Assembly: GCA_016930515.1 (NCBI GenBank)
Contig: JAFGGO010000148.1
Location: forward strand, 1-11,404
Direction: 5' to 3'
Source of the DNA: Promethearchaeota archaeon
Lineage (GTDB): Archaea; Asgardarchaeota; Lokiarchaeia; Sigyniarchaeales; SOKP01
Length of the DNA stretch: 11,404 bases
Every line of letters starts with the position of its first letter. The stretch's first letter is position 1. The position numbers and the translations under genes were made by a program. The notes under the pieces were generated by a model. That model saw only the letters and a program-made list of their open reading frames with translations. It was not told where the DNA came from and did no database searches. Positions 1 through 7,982 of the stretch are shown piece after piece.

Positions 1-110
1 TTATAATTATTTATTTTATTTGTTCATTTTTTTGATATTCGTCCTTTAGTCAAAAAGCGACAAATTTATTAGCAAATTCTATCATGATCTTATAAAAGAA
101 GTGGTTTTGT

Positions 111-344
111 TTGTCTCAATATAGTCCTCCAAAGAAAATAACGTTATTAATATCTTTAATCTTAGAAATAATCGGACTCATGATCGGAGTTATGGGATCG
201 TTTCAACTTATAGGTCCTTTCATGGAAAGCGTGATTGGTCCTGTTACGTTCGATATAGATATCATATGTACTATTATTGGTTTTATATTAACCGCAATCG
301 CATGGATTATCTTTTATATTGGTGTAAAATTTAGAGGCATTTGA
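111..344 (+). CDS. Small membrane protein (2 predicted TM helices), hypothetical
   Basis: 77 aa, TTG start preceded by purine-rich AAGAAGTGG. Two hydrophobic stretches (ITLLISLILEIIGLMIGVMG; IICTIIGFILTAIAWIIFYIGV) bounded by SPPKK and KFRGI, consistent with the positive-inside rule. Confidence 0.7.
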   Translation: MSQYSPPKKITLLISLILEIIGLMIGVMGSFQLIGPFMESVIGPVTFDIDIICTIIGFILTAIAWIIFYIGVKFRGI

Positions 345-355
345 ACCTTAAGGTT
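344..355. promoter_or_regulatory. Perfect 12-bp palindrome AACCTTAAGGTT, possible operator
   Basis: Read directly; extends to 342-357 with one mismatch; lies in the spacer upstream of the 407 gene. Confidence 0.3.
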
Positions 356-406
356 TATTCCAAGATTTTAAAATGGAAAGTTAGATTATAGGGGATAGGT
401 ATAACT

Positions 407-1555
407 GTGAAGCGCTTGAAAAGTTTAGATATTTTTAGAGGGCTTAGCATGCTCTGGATGTTTTTGGGGCATCTTTTAGATTGGTGGTTGCTGAACAACG
501 CGCAAGATAGACAATTATACTCAACTGCGTTTTCCTTATTCGATGTTATAGGTGCTGGAGCGTTTATATTCGTTTCTGGCATGAGTACTACAATATCGTA
601 TAGGACGCGCGTGTTAAAGAGTGAAACACAAGATTTCTTTAGCAAGCGAAGGGTAAGAAACGAGTACCTACTAAGAGCGTCTTTCATCTTGATCTTGGCC
701 TTGATATACAATATTCCTATAGCGATTTTTACACACAATGTCTATAACATTTGGATCTGGTACGTGCTCCTAACCGTTGCGATTTCTTTATTATTGGCTT
801 GGCCGTTTCTAAAAACGACGAAGCATTTGAGATTAGCAACAGCCATGGGAATGATTTTTGCCAATCACATTCTAATAGGACTCTTATCTCCATATGAAGG
901 AGAAACAAGCTCCTTGGGAGTTCTATTCCACCTATTATACAATGGATACCCCATCATGGATCCCATATTTACTTTCTTTCCCTTTTTCTTGATGGGAACT
1001 GTTATTGGAGACGTTATTTATGAGATCCTTCTTATCGAGAGCAATGAGTTAAGGAAAAAAAAATTAAGAGAAAAATTATTGCTCCCTTGCCTTGGATTGG
1101 GAGCATTTTTTATGATCTTGGGCGTAATTTACGATTATCCCGAATTTCTAAATTCAGTTGAAAGATCCTTTTCATGGGTACTTTATTCGTTAGGATTTCA
1201 ATTAATATTCGTTTCAATATTGATTTATATTGAAGAAAGCGCACTTTTAAAAACGAAAAAAAGTTTCAAATTTCTTTATTATTTTTCTTATTATTCCTTA
1301 AGCATTTTCCTACTTCATAATCTATTATATTTTGCGTTTTACCAAAAGCTAAGCGCGTCTATGGCCTTAATTTTCGTATTTGCTACAGTAATTCTAGTAG
1401 GATTTTTACTAAGGTTTATCTACAAGAAATTTGGAAGGAATGCTTCTTTAAAATCGCTCATTTCAAGACTAAGCGTTGGAGTAGCGAAAATGATAGAAAA
1501 TAAAATATATAAAAAGACTTTACAAAAAACATTAAATGCAGAAAGCCTTTATTAA
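407..1555 (+). CDS. DUF1624 / heparan-alpha-glucosaminide N-acetyltransferase-like polytopic membrane acyltransferase
   Basis: GTG start after GGGGATAGGT. N-terminal RLKSLDIFRGLSMLWMFLGH matches the R-x-x-S-L-D-x-x-R-G motif of the HGSNAT/DUF1624/acyltransferase-3 superfamily. Also FIFVSGMS and late SLSIFLLH motifs, about 10 hydrophobic segments. Confidence 0.8.
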   Translation: MKRLKSLDIFRGLSMLWMFLGHLLDWWLLNNAQDRQLYSTAFSLFDVIGAGAFIFVSGMSTTISYRTRVLKSETQDFFSKRRVRNEYLLRASFILILALIYNIPIAIFTHNVYNIWIWYVLLTVAISLLLAWPFLKTTKHLRLATAMGMIFANHILIGLLSPYEGETSSLGVLFHLLYNGYPIMDPIFTFFPFFLMGTVIGDVIYEILLIESNELRKKKLREKLLLPCLGLGAFFMILGVIYDYPEFLNSVERSFSWVLYSLGFQLIFVSILIYIEESALLKTKKSFKFLYYFSYYSLSIFLLHNLLYFAFYQKLSASMALIFVFATVILVGFLLRFIYKKFGRNASLKSLISRLSVGVAKMIENKIYKKTLQKTLNAESLY

Positions 1556-1558
1556 TCA

Positions 1559-2725
1559 TCATTCAAACAAATAAGGTGTATTTGTGATTCGTTCTGGCTT
1601 TCCATCCGTAATGATAAAATTATCTTCTAAATCAATTGCTCCCCAATCAGGCAAGATTATTTTTGGTTCGAGCGAAATGACCATATTCTTTTCCAACTGA
1701 ACGGTACCTTTTTGGGTAATGAAAGGAGGCTCGTCCAATTCCAAACCAACACCGTGTCCCAATCCCTGAAAATAATATCCATCACCTTGGAAATATTTAT
1801 CAAGGTTGTTTTTTTGGAGCAATTGTTTCATTTTTTGGAATATTTCGCTAGTTAAGGTACCTGATTTCATATAGTCAAAGATAATTTCATCATATGCTTC
1901 CTTCAATATCAAATATCTTTCCTTGAACTGAGAGGGAAGGGGGTTCAAGTAATAGGTCCTTGCATGGTCCACGTGATATCCCTCATAGATTATGGCGTAA
2001 TCACACATTAAGATATCTCCTTTTTTTAAAACCCTATCAGAATAACAATAGGGAATGGCATTTGAATGACCGTTACCAGAAAGAACGGGAAATGTACTAG
2101 GAGTCCAAAGATTTTCTCCACTTGCAACGATAAACCAATTTTCAAGCATTCCGTTTACCTTACAAAAATGCATGCTTTTGTTCATCATTGATGCGTGCAT
2201 TGCTTCTGCGGCAATTTCGTATTCTTTCTTTCCTGGTATCAAAGCATCTTGGACGGCTTCTTGTGCTTTTTGAGCGACCTTGCCCGCCTCCCTTAGAATA
2301 TCTAATTCTGCCTGGTCTTTAATTGCCCGTAAAGCTCTCAATGGTGTCTCTATATTAATAATTTTAGCACCTCTTAACAAACGAGCGTAATTCTCGTAGT
2401 AAGATGTCGGAAGTGAATCTAATTCCATTCCAATACTCAAATATTCCATATTTGGTTTTTTTTCACTTAAATAATTCACAATTTGAGAAGTTTTTTGGAG
2501 TTCAACGATATTTTTAAGAATACTCTCTTCTTGAGCGCGGAAATAATTTCTACGTACGAATAACACGGGTTCGTCGTCTTTAGGGATTAATAAAACACCA
2601 TATTGACCAGTCCCCGAAAGCCAATACAGATTTTGTAGGTTTGTAATTATCAAATAATCTAGTTCGTTTTTTTCCATAAACAAGCATACTTTCTTCAATC
2701 GCATATTAAAATCGAAATCGTGCAT
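1559..2725 (-). CDS. M24 family metallopeptidase (Xaa-Pro aminopeptidase/prolidase-like) with creatinase-type N-domain
   Basis: NLYWLSG in the N-domain and LRAIKDQAEL linker. Metal ligands in MCDY, HVDHART, GHGVGLE, LEP and LED. ATG at 2725 preferred; in-frame TTG at 2734 is the alternative. Confidence 0.9.
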   Translation of the reverse strand: MHDFDFNMRLKKVCLFMEKNELDYLIITNLQNLYWLSGTGQYGVLLIPKDDEPVLFVRRNYFRAQEESILKNIVELQKTSQIVNYLSEKKPNMEYLSIGMELDSLPTSYYENYARLLRGAKIINIETPLRALRAIKDQAELDILREAGKVAQKAQEAVQDALIPGKKEYEIAAEAMHASMMNKSMHFCKVNGMLENWFIVASGENLWTPSTFPVLSGNGHSNAIPYCYSDRVLKKGDILMCDYAIIYEGYHVDHARTYYLNPLPSQFKERYLILKEAYDEIIFDYMKSGTLTSEIFQKMKQLLQKNNLDKYFQGDGYYFQGLGHGVGLELDEPPFITQKGTVQLEKNMVISLEPKIILPDWGAIDLEDNFIITDGKPERITNTPYLFE

Positions 2726-2734
2726 TATATTCAA

Positions 2735-2801
2735 TGAGAATTATGAGTAATTAAAAATTCTTGCGCCTCTTCCTTTTTAAATAGAATTATAGTTTTTTGT
2801 A
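2735..2801. promoter_or_regulatory. Compact divergent archaeal promoter region, probably leaderless transcripts
   Basis: TTTTTAAATA at 2774-2783 (+) about 20 nt before ATG 2802. TTTAATTA on the - strand (2748-2755), 22 nt before ATG 2725. Confidence 0.45.
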
Positions 2802-3311
2802 ATGCAAGTCACTAGCCCGTCTGAGGCGGCATGCATTATTTCGAAAGGGATCTCTAAAAATAACTATTACGACTTACTTTTGGAAAAACACATCGGCATA
2901 CAATTTAATTCAAAAACATTTTTATCAAAAAAAAATCAGGAACAATCAAGCCTAGTAAAAAAACTTACACATCTCTTGTTTAATTCAGAATCTACTGATG
3001 AATATTTTGAAAACATATCAAAATTGATTATTTTGATTTTATGTTCACCAAAAAATAGTTTTAACAATAATACCTTGTTGGAAAACAAGCAGAGACTCAT
3101 TCAAGAAATACATTACGAATTTCAGAGCATTCTTGAAATGGATGGCGGTAAACTCATTAATTCCTATTTCGAACGACTTGAGAAGGTTTCCAAGCATCTC
3201 AAAAATCAAGAGAATATAGGATACCAACAAAAATTAGATTATTGTGCGATGGAAAGGCTTTTGATGAGGCTATACTTGAAGGATATAAACTCTAGATGCA
3301 ATCAAGATTAA
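2802..3311 (+). CDS. Hypothetical soluble, probably helical protein
   Basis: 169-aa ATG ORF that fills the gap between neighbours, with a TATA-like box upstream; no motif recognised. Confidence 0.7.
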   Translation: MQVTSPSEAACIISKGISKNNYYDLLLEKHIGIQFNSKTFLSKKNQEQSSLVKKLTHLLFNSESTDEYFENISKLIILILCSPKNSFNNNTLLENKQRLIQEIHYEFQSILEMDGGKLINSYFERLEKVSKHLKNQENIGYQQKLDYCAMERLLMRLYLKDINSRCNQD

Positions 3312-3312
3312 T

Positions 3313-3861
3313 TTATTGCTTTTTATAAAAATATGTAGCCACAACTTTATCTCCATAAACAGAATCCAATTGATATTCGAGCTTTAGGAGAGAACCATAC
3401 GTTTCCAAAGGATATTTATGAGAAACTACAATCGCACCTGATTTAAGCGTTAAAAAGACATGTTTAAGAAATTTTTGCATCGAAGGTAGAGAAAATATGT
3501 ATACAAATTCAAAATCATTAAGATTCTTCTCGAAGATATCACCCACCTCGAAATTGATCATCCTTGCTATTTTTCTTTTTATGATTTTTTTCTTAACCAA
3601 GTCTTTAACCTTTTTTTTTGAATCATTTACGAGATTTTCGTCAATTTCCACTCCAAGGGATCTAATCTTATAATATTGTACCGAATAAATGACGATTCTT
3701 CCATCTCCAGACCCAAGATCTATGAATTTCTGAGGAGACCACTTCGTTAATCCAAATTTTGTTTCTAACGATTTGAATATGTCATATAAAAATTGTTTTC
3801 CAGTTTCTAAAAAGGGAAGGGCAATTTGGGTATGGTATTGGTAACTCTTTCTAATTGGCAA
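3313..3861 (-). CDS. Class I SAM-dependent methyltransferase, FAM173/archaeal aKMT (DOT1-related) protein-lysine methyltransferase-like
   Basis: Motif I FIDLGSGDGRIV, post-I GVEID, motif II GDIF. Upstream LPFLET, post-II VYIFSLPSM and IVVSHKYPL resemble FAM173/aKMT. TTG start. Methyltransferase call is firm; lysine specificity is inferred. Confidence 0.8.
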   Translation of the reverse strand: MPIRKSYQYHTQIALPFLETGKQFLYDIFKSLETKFGLTKWSPQKFIDLGSGDGRIVIYSVQYYKIRSLGVEIDENLVNDSKKKVKDLVKKKIIKRKIARMINFEVGDIFEKNLNDFEFVYIFSLPSMQKFLKHVFLTLKSGAIVVSHKYPLETYGSLLKLEYQLDSVYGDKVVATYFYKKQ

Positions 3862-3992
3862 ATTATAATAAAAAATGATATTTAAAAATAAAATTTTATC
3901 CCTTATAACAAAATTATATAAATTCCGTAAAAAGAAAATTTATATTATTAATGTTTTTTGATTACTCATAAAAAAGATATGACAATTGAATC

Positions 3993-4715
3993 ATGGCAAC
4001 TGACGACATTTTCAACCCGATTAGCTCATTGATATTTGTGATCATTTCCGTGTGTGTGGGACTCACGCTGATCTTAAAATATTTTAAATCTAAAGATAAA
4101 GCTTTAATATATGTAGGAATTGCTTGGATCATTATCGTGGAGTCATGGATGCCAGCAGGAATTAATCTTGTTTACTTATTGTTTGATTCGAAAGGCCTTA
4201 GCTATGAAATTCGGGCACTCATAGGAAATCTATTCATACCGCTAGGATTATTATTATGGGTCGCAGCAGCAACAAAAATAATTCTTACAAGCTATAAAAA
4301 AATATTACTCGTACTTCTTGCCGTGCTTGGTATCATATTCGAACTGGTATTGTTTTACGCCATTCTCTTTGATATAACACTCATTATTGATATGGCGACT
4401 TCTACCCCCTATAATATGAACTACACGCCGCTTTGGATGATCGCTCAAGTACTTTTTTCGGCAATAACTTTGATAACAGGCCTTATCTTTTCTTGGAAAT
4501 CAATAAAATACGACAATCCAGAAATACAGTTAAGAGGAAAGATTCTCTTCGTTGCTTTCATATCGTTCCTTATCGGTGCTTTATTGGGTATTTTTAATTT
4601 CTTTATAATTGGAAATATTATCTTAATAACTAGCTCTATTGAGTTTTACATTGGATATATCCTTCCGAAATGGATAAAAAAGAAATTTTTAGCAAATTCG
4701 GTTAAAAATAGTTGA
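3993..4715 (+). CDS. Orphan integral membrane protein, about 7 TM helices
   Basis: 240 aa, seven hydrophobic segments with basic loops (KYFKSKDK, WKSIK...RGK) and a C-terminal YIGYILPKWIKKK. Confidence 0.8.
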   Translation: MATDDIFNPISSLIFVIISVCVGLTLILKYFKSKDKALIYVGIAWIIIVESWMPAGINLVYLLFDSKGLSYEIRALIGNLFIPLGLLLWVAAATKIILTSYKKILLVLLAVLGIIFELVLFYAILFDITLIIDMATSTPYNMNYTPLWMIAQVLFSAITLITGLIFSWKSIKYDNPEIQLRGKILFVAFISFLIGALLGIFNFFIIGNIILITSSIEFYIGYILPKWIKKKFLANSVKNS

Positions 4716-4717
4716 AT

Positions 4718-6373
4718 TCACTTGAATCTTATGAGCGATTCCATAAAAGGCGTTGGTTTTTCGTACCCTAACAAGTTTACTAATGTTGCTGCGACATTTC
4801 CTAATTGAGGGTTATCAATATTCTCGTTTATTTCGTATTCTCCGTTGTACATCGAATCAACGATGGCGAACATGACGGGATTTAGAGTGTGAGAAGTTTT
4901 ATAATGGTTCATTTCTTCGAGGTTTCCATGATCTGCCGTAATTACAGTAATTCCATTCATTTTATTAACTAATTCCACGATTTTCTTAACGCAGGTGTCA
5001 ACTGTTTCCGCAGCAATTATTGCAGCGGCCTTGTCTCCAGTGTGGCCAACCATATCACCGTTCGCAAGATTAACTCTCAGATATTTATACATTCCCGAAT
5101 TAATGGTCTTTTCGAGTTCTTCCGTTACTTCAAATGCCTTCATTTTAGGCCGATCTTTTATGGTTTCTGATGGATCTGATTTGATTTCGACATACTTTTC
5201 AAGAGTTTCATCAACATATCCTTCTTTATTGCCGTTATAAAAATATGTAACATGACCGAATTTATGCGTTTCGGCTATTGCAAATTGAGTTATTTTCGTT
5301 GCGCAAAGGTATTTTGTAAGAGATTCTTTCATAAACGGGGGGTCTAACAAGTAATTCCGTGGAATGTTTTCTTTTTCGTCGTATTGCATCAAGCCATAAT
5401 ACGAAACATTTGGTTCACATATCTTCAAAAAATCATCGAAATCTGCTCCCTCGTCGAATGCTCTAGAAATCTGAAGGGCTCTATCACCTCTAAAATTGAA
5501 AAATAAAACCACATCTCCGTTTTCCATATGACCAATCGCTTGGTTACCGTGATCTGCTACAACAAAGGAAGGCAAGTATTGATCCGAAATATCAGGATCA
5601 TTTCTTCGCGCAGTCTCTACGGCCTCTCGTGCGGACTTAAAAAACCCAGGATAATTTGGAAGAATTTCAGGAAATCCACAGACATGAGCTTCCCAACCTC
5701 TCTGCACCATGCCCCAATCGGAATTATACCTATCCATTGTGACACGCATGCGTCCTCCACCAGAAGCGATACGATAATCGTAAGAGGTTTCAGAATTGAT
5801 TTGTTCCAACTCTCCTTTTAGCATATCGATATAATCCAAAGCTGATTGGGGAGGAACATCCCTTCCATCTAATAACACGTGAATCCTAACCTTCCTAATG
5901 CCACTCTCTTTAGCGCCGCGTAATAATCCCACTAGATGAGTGATATGACTGTGAACATAACCATCTGATAATAATCCGATTAAATGAAGCGTCTTATTTT
6001 TCTTTTTCACGGAAGAAACAAGCTCCTTCCATTTCAAACTCTGGAATAAGTTTTTTGATTCAATTGCTTCTTTCGAAATCAACGCTCTTTGCTTAACCAC
6101 GTTACCCCCCCCAATGGCGTTGTGACCTACCTCGCTGTTTCCCATTTCGGAATCTGTTGGTAATCCCACGGCAGTTCCATGTGCTTTTAATTCAATATAT
6201 AATTTTTTCTTCGGATATTCTCGTTGTATCTCGTCTAAAAACGGAGTTTTTGCCAAATAAAATGCGTTATCGTCTTCATTGTTCCCAATTCCTATTCCAT
6301 CCATTATGATTAATACAAGCGGTCCGGGTCTTCCCGAAAAGTATTCTAGTCTCTTCAATTTTAATTCTTCCAT
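4718..6373 (-). CDS. gpmI: 2,3-bisphosphoglycerate-independent phosphoglycerate mutase
   Basis: IIMDGIG, MGNSEVGH (catalytic Ser), LSDGYVHSH, DGRDVPP, MDRY, NFRGDRA, ETHKFGHVT, NGDMVGHTG, TADHGN and SHT motifs. Confidence 0.97.
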   Translation of the reverse strand: MEELKLKRLEYFSGRPGPLVLIIMDGIGIGNNEDDNAFYLAKTPFLDEIQREYPKKKLYIELKAHGTAVGLPTDSEMGNSEVGHNAIGGGNVVKQRALISKEAIESKNLFQSLKWKELVSSVKKKNKTLHLIGLLSDGYVHSHITHLVGLLRGAKESGIRKVRIHVLLDGRDVPPQSALDYIDMLKGELEQINSETSYDYRIASGGGRMRVTMDRYNSDWGMVQRGWEAHVCGFPEILPNYPGFFKSAREAVETARRNDPDISDQYLPSFVVADHGNQAIGHMENGDVVLFFNFRGDRALQISRAFDEGADFDDFLKICEPNVSYYGLMQYDEKENIPRNYLLDPPFMKESLTKYLCATKITQFAIAETHKFGHVTYFYNGNKEGYVDETLEKYVEIKSDPSETIKDRPKMKAFEVTEELEKTINSGMYKYLRVNLANGDMVGHTGDKAAAIIAAETVDTCVKKIVELVNKMNGITVITADHGNLEEMNHYKTSHTLNPVMFAIVDSMYNGEYEINENIDNPQLGNVAATLVNLLGYEKPTPFMESLIRFK

Positions 6374-6540
6374 TCGACTAACCTTAATACTAATATAATA
6401 ACATATGATACAATTTCTTTAAAAGATATGGGAATTTTTTTAAAAAATATGTATTTTGTACTTATTAAAAAAGGGAGAATTTATAAAAAACGAAATCTAT
6501 TGAAAATCAAGATAATAACATTCTAAACGTAAATTAAATC

Positions 6541-7974
6541 ATGAAGAAAGAAGATATCTGTTTTTTACCCGCCATTGAAATGGTTGAAAAAATCCAATCT
6601 CAAGAGATTACTTCCCAAGAAATAACGGAAACCTTGATTGAACGAATCGAAAGAATAAATCCCTTTTTAAATGCATATTGCACTCTTGCTTTCGACTTGG
6701 CAAGGATTAGCGCAAGAAAAGCGGACGATGCGGTAAAAAAAGGGGAGAAAAAAGGACTTTTGCTAGGCGTTCCACTCTCAATAAAAGATGTGATTTTAAC
6801 CAAAGGAATTCGAACTACCTTTGGTTCGAAATTATACGAGCATTTCATACCAGAGCAAGACGAAGTAGTAGTCAAAAAAATAAAGCGAGCAGGCGGAGTT
6901 ATAATAGGAAAAACAAATACATCCGAATTTGGTCATATAGCTCTCACGAATAACAAGATTTTTGGAAAAACAAGCAATCCTTGGGATTTAGAAAAGAATT
7001 CGGGAGGCTCTAGTGGAGGAGCTGCTGCCGCCGTGGCTTCGGGAATCTCCCCTTTAGCATTAGGATCGGATGCTGGGGGTTCGATCAGAATACCGAGCAG
7101 TTTATGCGGAGTTTTTGGTTTGAAACCTACATTTGGACGAATAGCTAGATATCCGATTTCAGGAGCGGTTTTTTGGTCAATGGATCATTATGGAATAATA
7201 ACGAGATGTGTGAAAGACGCTGCTTTGATGTTAAACGCTACAAAGGGGAATCATCTTGGGGATTTTCACTCGATTCAAGACGATGAGATAAATTATGTTA
7301 AAGCACTCGAAGAAAAACCAAAGCGTTTAAAAATTGGCTTTTCAACGAGCTTGGTATCTCCTATATTCTTGGATAGAGAAATTAAAGAAAATTTCTTGAA
7401 TAGCGTGTTGAGATTCGAAAATATCGGATGGAATGTTGAAGAAGTATCAATTAAATTGAATAACCCCGCAATAGCATTTAATATTCTGGCTGCAATAGGA
7501 TACGCCTATAATTTCCGTAAAGCATTCAACGAAAAACAATGTGATCTAAGTCCTGATTTTGTAAATGTTATTAAAGCAGGCATGTCCTTTCAAGGAATGG
7601 ATGTGGGAAAAGCAATTGATTTTAGAAAGCAAATTCACGAATTTTTTTATCGTTTATTCAAGAATTTCGACATATTACTCACCCCAACCACGCCAATACC
7701 TGCGTTTAAACCCAATTTTAAAGAAAATAGTACATTATTTCCTAGTTTGAACGGTAAGAGGTTATCAGGCACTAATTGGGTGGCGTTTACATTCCCCTTT
7801 AATCTCACGGGATTACCGGCAGCATCCATTCCCTGTGGTTGGTCAAAACAAGAGTTGCCTATTGGGATGCAGATCGTTGGAAATCGCTTTAACGATAAAT
7901 TAGTCCTACAAGTTTCGAGACAATTTGAAAAAATTTGTCCTTGGCAGAAAAGTAGGCCTTATTTTCAGGTTTAG
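6541..7974 (+). CDS. Amidase-signature family amidase (GatA-like superfamily)
   Basis: Lys-cisSer-Ser triad motifs GVPLSIKD, GGSSGGAAAAVA and GSDAGGSIRIP; also GKTN, GLKPTFG, FNLTGLPAASIPCG and LPIGMQIVG. Confidence 0.95.
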   Translation: MKKEDICFLPAIEMVEKIQSQEITSQEITETLIERIERINPFLNAYCTLAFDLARISARKADDAVKKGEKKGLLLGVPLSIKDVILTKGIRTTFGSKLYEHFIPEQDEVVVKKIKRAGGVIIGKTNTSEFGHIALTNNKIFGKTSNPWDLEKNSGGSSGGAAAAVASGISPLALGSDAGGSIRIPSSLCGVFGLKPTFGRIARYPISGAVFWSMDHYGIITRCVKDAALMLNATKGNHLGDFHSIQDDEINYVKALEEKPKRLKIGFSTSLVSPIFLDREIKENFLNSVLRFENIGWNVEEVSIKLNNPAIAFNILAAIGYAYNFRKAFNEKQCDLSPDFVNVIKAGMSFQGMDVGKAIDFRKQIHEFFYRLFKNFDILLTPTTPIPAFKPNFKENSTLFPSLNGKRLSGTNWVAFTFPFNLTGLPAASIPCGWSKQELPIGMQIVGNRFNDKLVLQVSRQFEKICPWQKSRPYFQV

Positions 7975-7982
7975 ATCGATTT

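Noticed and set aside
355-738. 127-aa - strand ORF
   Set aside because: Antisense shadow of the DUF1624-like gene; no motifs.
3045-3230. 61-aa - strand ORF
   Set aside because: Antisense within the 2802 ORF; no independent support.
3993-4715. Rhodopsin (helio-/schizorhodopsin)
   Set aside because: No retinal-binding Lys motif in helix 7.
342-4720. Selenocysteine readthrough at TGA stops (344, 1559, 4715, 4718)
   Set aside because: The TGAs sit at natural protein ends, followed by another stop or a convergent gene; no Cys-motif context or SECIS seen.
4995-5821. Two + strand ORFs (4995-5240, 5528-5821)
   Set aside because: Antisense to the highly conserved gpmI.
6600-7829. ORFs 6600-6875 (-), 7565-7750 (+), 7647-7829 (-)
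   Set aside because: Antisense or out-of-frame within the intact amidase.
6541-7974. Calling the amidase gatA
   Set aside because: GKTNTSEFG rather than GKTNMDEF(A/G)MG, SIRIP rather than SIRQP, and no gatB/gatC nearby.
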